Translations under genes and position numbers: made by a program
From: Nitrospinota bacterium
Lineage (GTDB): Bacteria; UBA8248
DNA: 16,322 nt
Reading direction: 5' to 3'
Assembly (NCBI GenBank): GCA_046581755.1
Contig: JAYGFR010000185.1
Coordinates: 1-16,322 of the forward strand
In this document: positions 14,811-16,322 of the stretch, in pieces
How positions within the stretch are numbered: position 1 is the stretch's first letter
Layout: each line of letters opens with the position of its first letter
Notes under the pieces: model-generated
Database searches by the model: none
Told to the model about the DNA's origin: nothing
Seen by the model: only the letters and a program-made list of their open reading frames with translations

Positions 14811-15875
14811 TCATCGGGAAAGGCCTTTGGAGAGGGGGAGCACGGTCAGGGTCCCGGACTGTTCGGCGACGTACTCGGCGAGGCGATCTGTCGCGCGCTT
14901 CAAGTCGTCCTCGCTTACGATGTTGTAACGATCAAAAACTGAGCGGGTCTTGTGCCCCGTCACGGCCATTGCCACACCCTCGGGCACTCCAGCCCTTGTT
15001 AAATTGCGCACAACGCTTCTTCGCAGATCGTGAAAGAGTTTTCCGGGAGGCCCCGCCGCCTTACACGCACTCTTCCATGCACACCGCCAGTCGCTGATGG
15101 GGCGGGCATTGCGGTGGAACACAAACAGACAATTTAACTGGCGGGCCTGAAATCGCCGCTCAATGACTTCCCTGAGTGAAGACGAAAGCGCGAGAACCCG
15201 GCTATCCTTGTTTTTCGATAGCTCCGGTCGCAAGCGGATGATGCTCGCGCTCCGATCCACGTCCCCCCACTTTAAGCCGATGATTTCTCCGCGCCTCCAT
15301 CCCGAGTGATACCCAAAGTCCAAGATGTCCTGATACGTTGGCTCAAGGTGATCGCGGATTGCCAGGTATTCGGAGTGCTCAAAATAACCCTGCCGGGGCG
15401 AGGGCTCCTCCAGGCGGGGGATATGAGGTTTGGTGCTCAGGCGAACGCCTTGGACGGCCAAGGTGAACATCCTGCTTAGGGCCCCAAGTTCCCGGTTCCC
15501 GGTCGAGGGTGCCGCCTTATCCTCAAGTCGGGCCTCAATATAGACGCGGATACGGGCCGTCGTGATATCAATCGCTCGATCCATTCCGAAAAATGCTCGG
15601 AGATGCGCAACCCGGATTTTGGCATGTACCTTCGAGCGTAGCCCCCGCAGGGTGTAGTCGCGAAGAAAATCCTCCGCCAGATCCTTAAAAGTCACGCGCT
15701 CCTCCGCTGGGCCTATGAATTTTCCCCCTCCCAATTCGCGGAACCGCTTCCTGAGCAATCGCCTGGCAACGGCCTCTTTTGTTGACTTTGAGCTTTCCCG
15801 GAATTCTTTGCCCCGATGGGAGTATGCGATCCACCATATTTGGCCTCGCTTAAAAATGCGGCCTACTCCATTCAT
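14811..15875 (-). CDS. Tyrosine recombinase/phage-type integrase
   Basis: N-terminal arm-binding-like GRIFKRG..WWIAY; catalytic GWRRGEI (R), SKNK (K), FHDLRR (HxxR), TGHKT (H), FDRYNIV (Y); SD GGGAGG. Confidence 0.93.
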   Translation of the reverse strand: MNGVGRIFKRGQIWWIAYSHRGKEFRESSKSTKEAVARRLLRKRFRELGGGKFIGPAEERVTFKDLAEDFLRDYTLRGLRSKVHAKIRVAHLRAFFGMDRAIDITTARIRVYIEARLEDKAAPSTGNRELGALSRMFTLAVQGVRLSTKPHIPRLEEPSPRQGYFEHSEYLAIRDHLEPTYQDILDFGYHSGWRRGEIIGLKWGDVDRSASIIRLRPELSKNKDSRVLALSSSLREVIERRFQARQLNCLFVFHRNARPISDWRCAWKSACKAAGPPGKLFHDLRRSVVRNLTRAGVPEGVAMAVTGHKTRSVFDRYNIVSEDDLKRATDRLAEYVAEQSGTLTVLPLSKGLSR

Positions 15876-16016
15876 TTTTTCGCCCTCCCGCTAGACTTCC
15901 CCTTGCCAAGGAAATTTTCGCCAGCCCTTGACCTGCCCCCCCAAAACCGGTCCATGCTGAAAGAGAGGATTTTCGATACTCATTCGGTGAGACCGCCCAA
16001 TCTGGGGGGATTTTGC

Positions 16017-16295
16017 ATGAGCAGGAAGCGTCATACACCTGAGCAGATCATATCCAAGCCGAGAGAAGCCGAAGTGCTACTTTCCCAGGGCCAGAGCGTC
16101 CCTGGGGCCTGCAAGACAATTGAGGTTTCCGAGCAGACGTACTACCGCTGGCGCAAAGAGTGGGGAGGACTTCGCCTCGAGCAGGCCAAGCGCTTCAAGG
16201 AACTCGAGCGCGAGAATGGCCGCCTCAAGAAGCTCGTGGCCGAGCAGGCACTGGACAATGCCATCTTGAAGGAAGTCGCCTCGGGAAACTTCTGA
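16017..16295 (+). CDS. IS3-family transposase OrfA (HTH plus leucine zipper), fused to OrfB by -1 frameshift
   Basis: MSRKRHTPEQII..VSEQTYYRWRKE.GG..KELERENGRLKKLVAEQALDNAILKE; SD GGGGGA; true start ATG 16017. Confidence 0.92.
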   Translation: MSRKRHTPEQIISKPREAEVLLSQGQSVPGACKTIEVSEQTYYRWRKEWGGLRLEQAKRFKELERENGRLKKLVAEQALDNAILKEVASGNF

Positions 16296-16317
16296 GCCCG
16301 CCCAAGAGGAGGCGGGC
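16269..16317 (+). other. Programmed -1 ribosomal frameshift signal
   Basis: SD-like AAGGA 16269-16273, slippery G-GGA-AAC 16283-16289, 6-nt spacer, hairpin GCCCGCC/GGCGGGC 16296-16317. Confidence 0.85.
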
Positions 16318-16322
16318 AGTGG

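Larger units (their letters stand above)
15929..16322 (+). mobile_element. IS3-family insertion sequence (IS407-group-like), left end; runs off the window
   Basis: 5'-TGACCTGCCCCCCCAAAACCGGTCCA left IR followed by orfA and frameshift site. Confidence 0.88.

Overview
GC-rich bacterial window made of a patchwork of small catabolic/accessory genes, followed by the edge of a mobile region. Left part: COG1099/TatD-like metallohydrolase, orphan CoxS-type 2x[2Fe-2S] subunit, VOC protein, a back-to-back pair of 5'-truncated genes (nucleoside phosphorylase on -, atypical SDR on +), arsenite methyltransferase arsM, and a putative two-gene operon of an active-site-atypical M20 hydrolase plus an uncharacterised internally duplicated protein. 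Middle: mono-haem cytochrome c abutting a PaaK-like CoA ligase, and a complete LIV/HAAT ABC operon with a Tat-exported binding protein, sigma70 promoter, long leader and terminators. Right end: a VOC pseudogene (ATA start, in-frame TAG) whose stop runs into the 3' half of a tRNA-Sec (att site with IHF box and arm-type repeats), a tyrosine integrase, and the left end of an IS3-family element with a textbook -1 frameshift signal. All calls come from motif recognition only; no searches were run.
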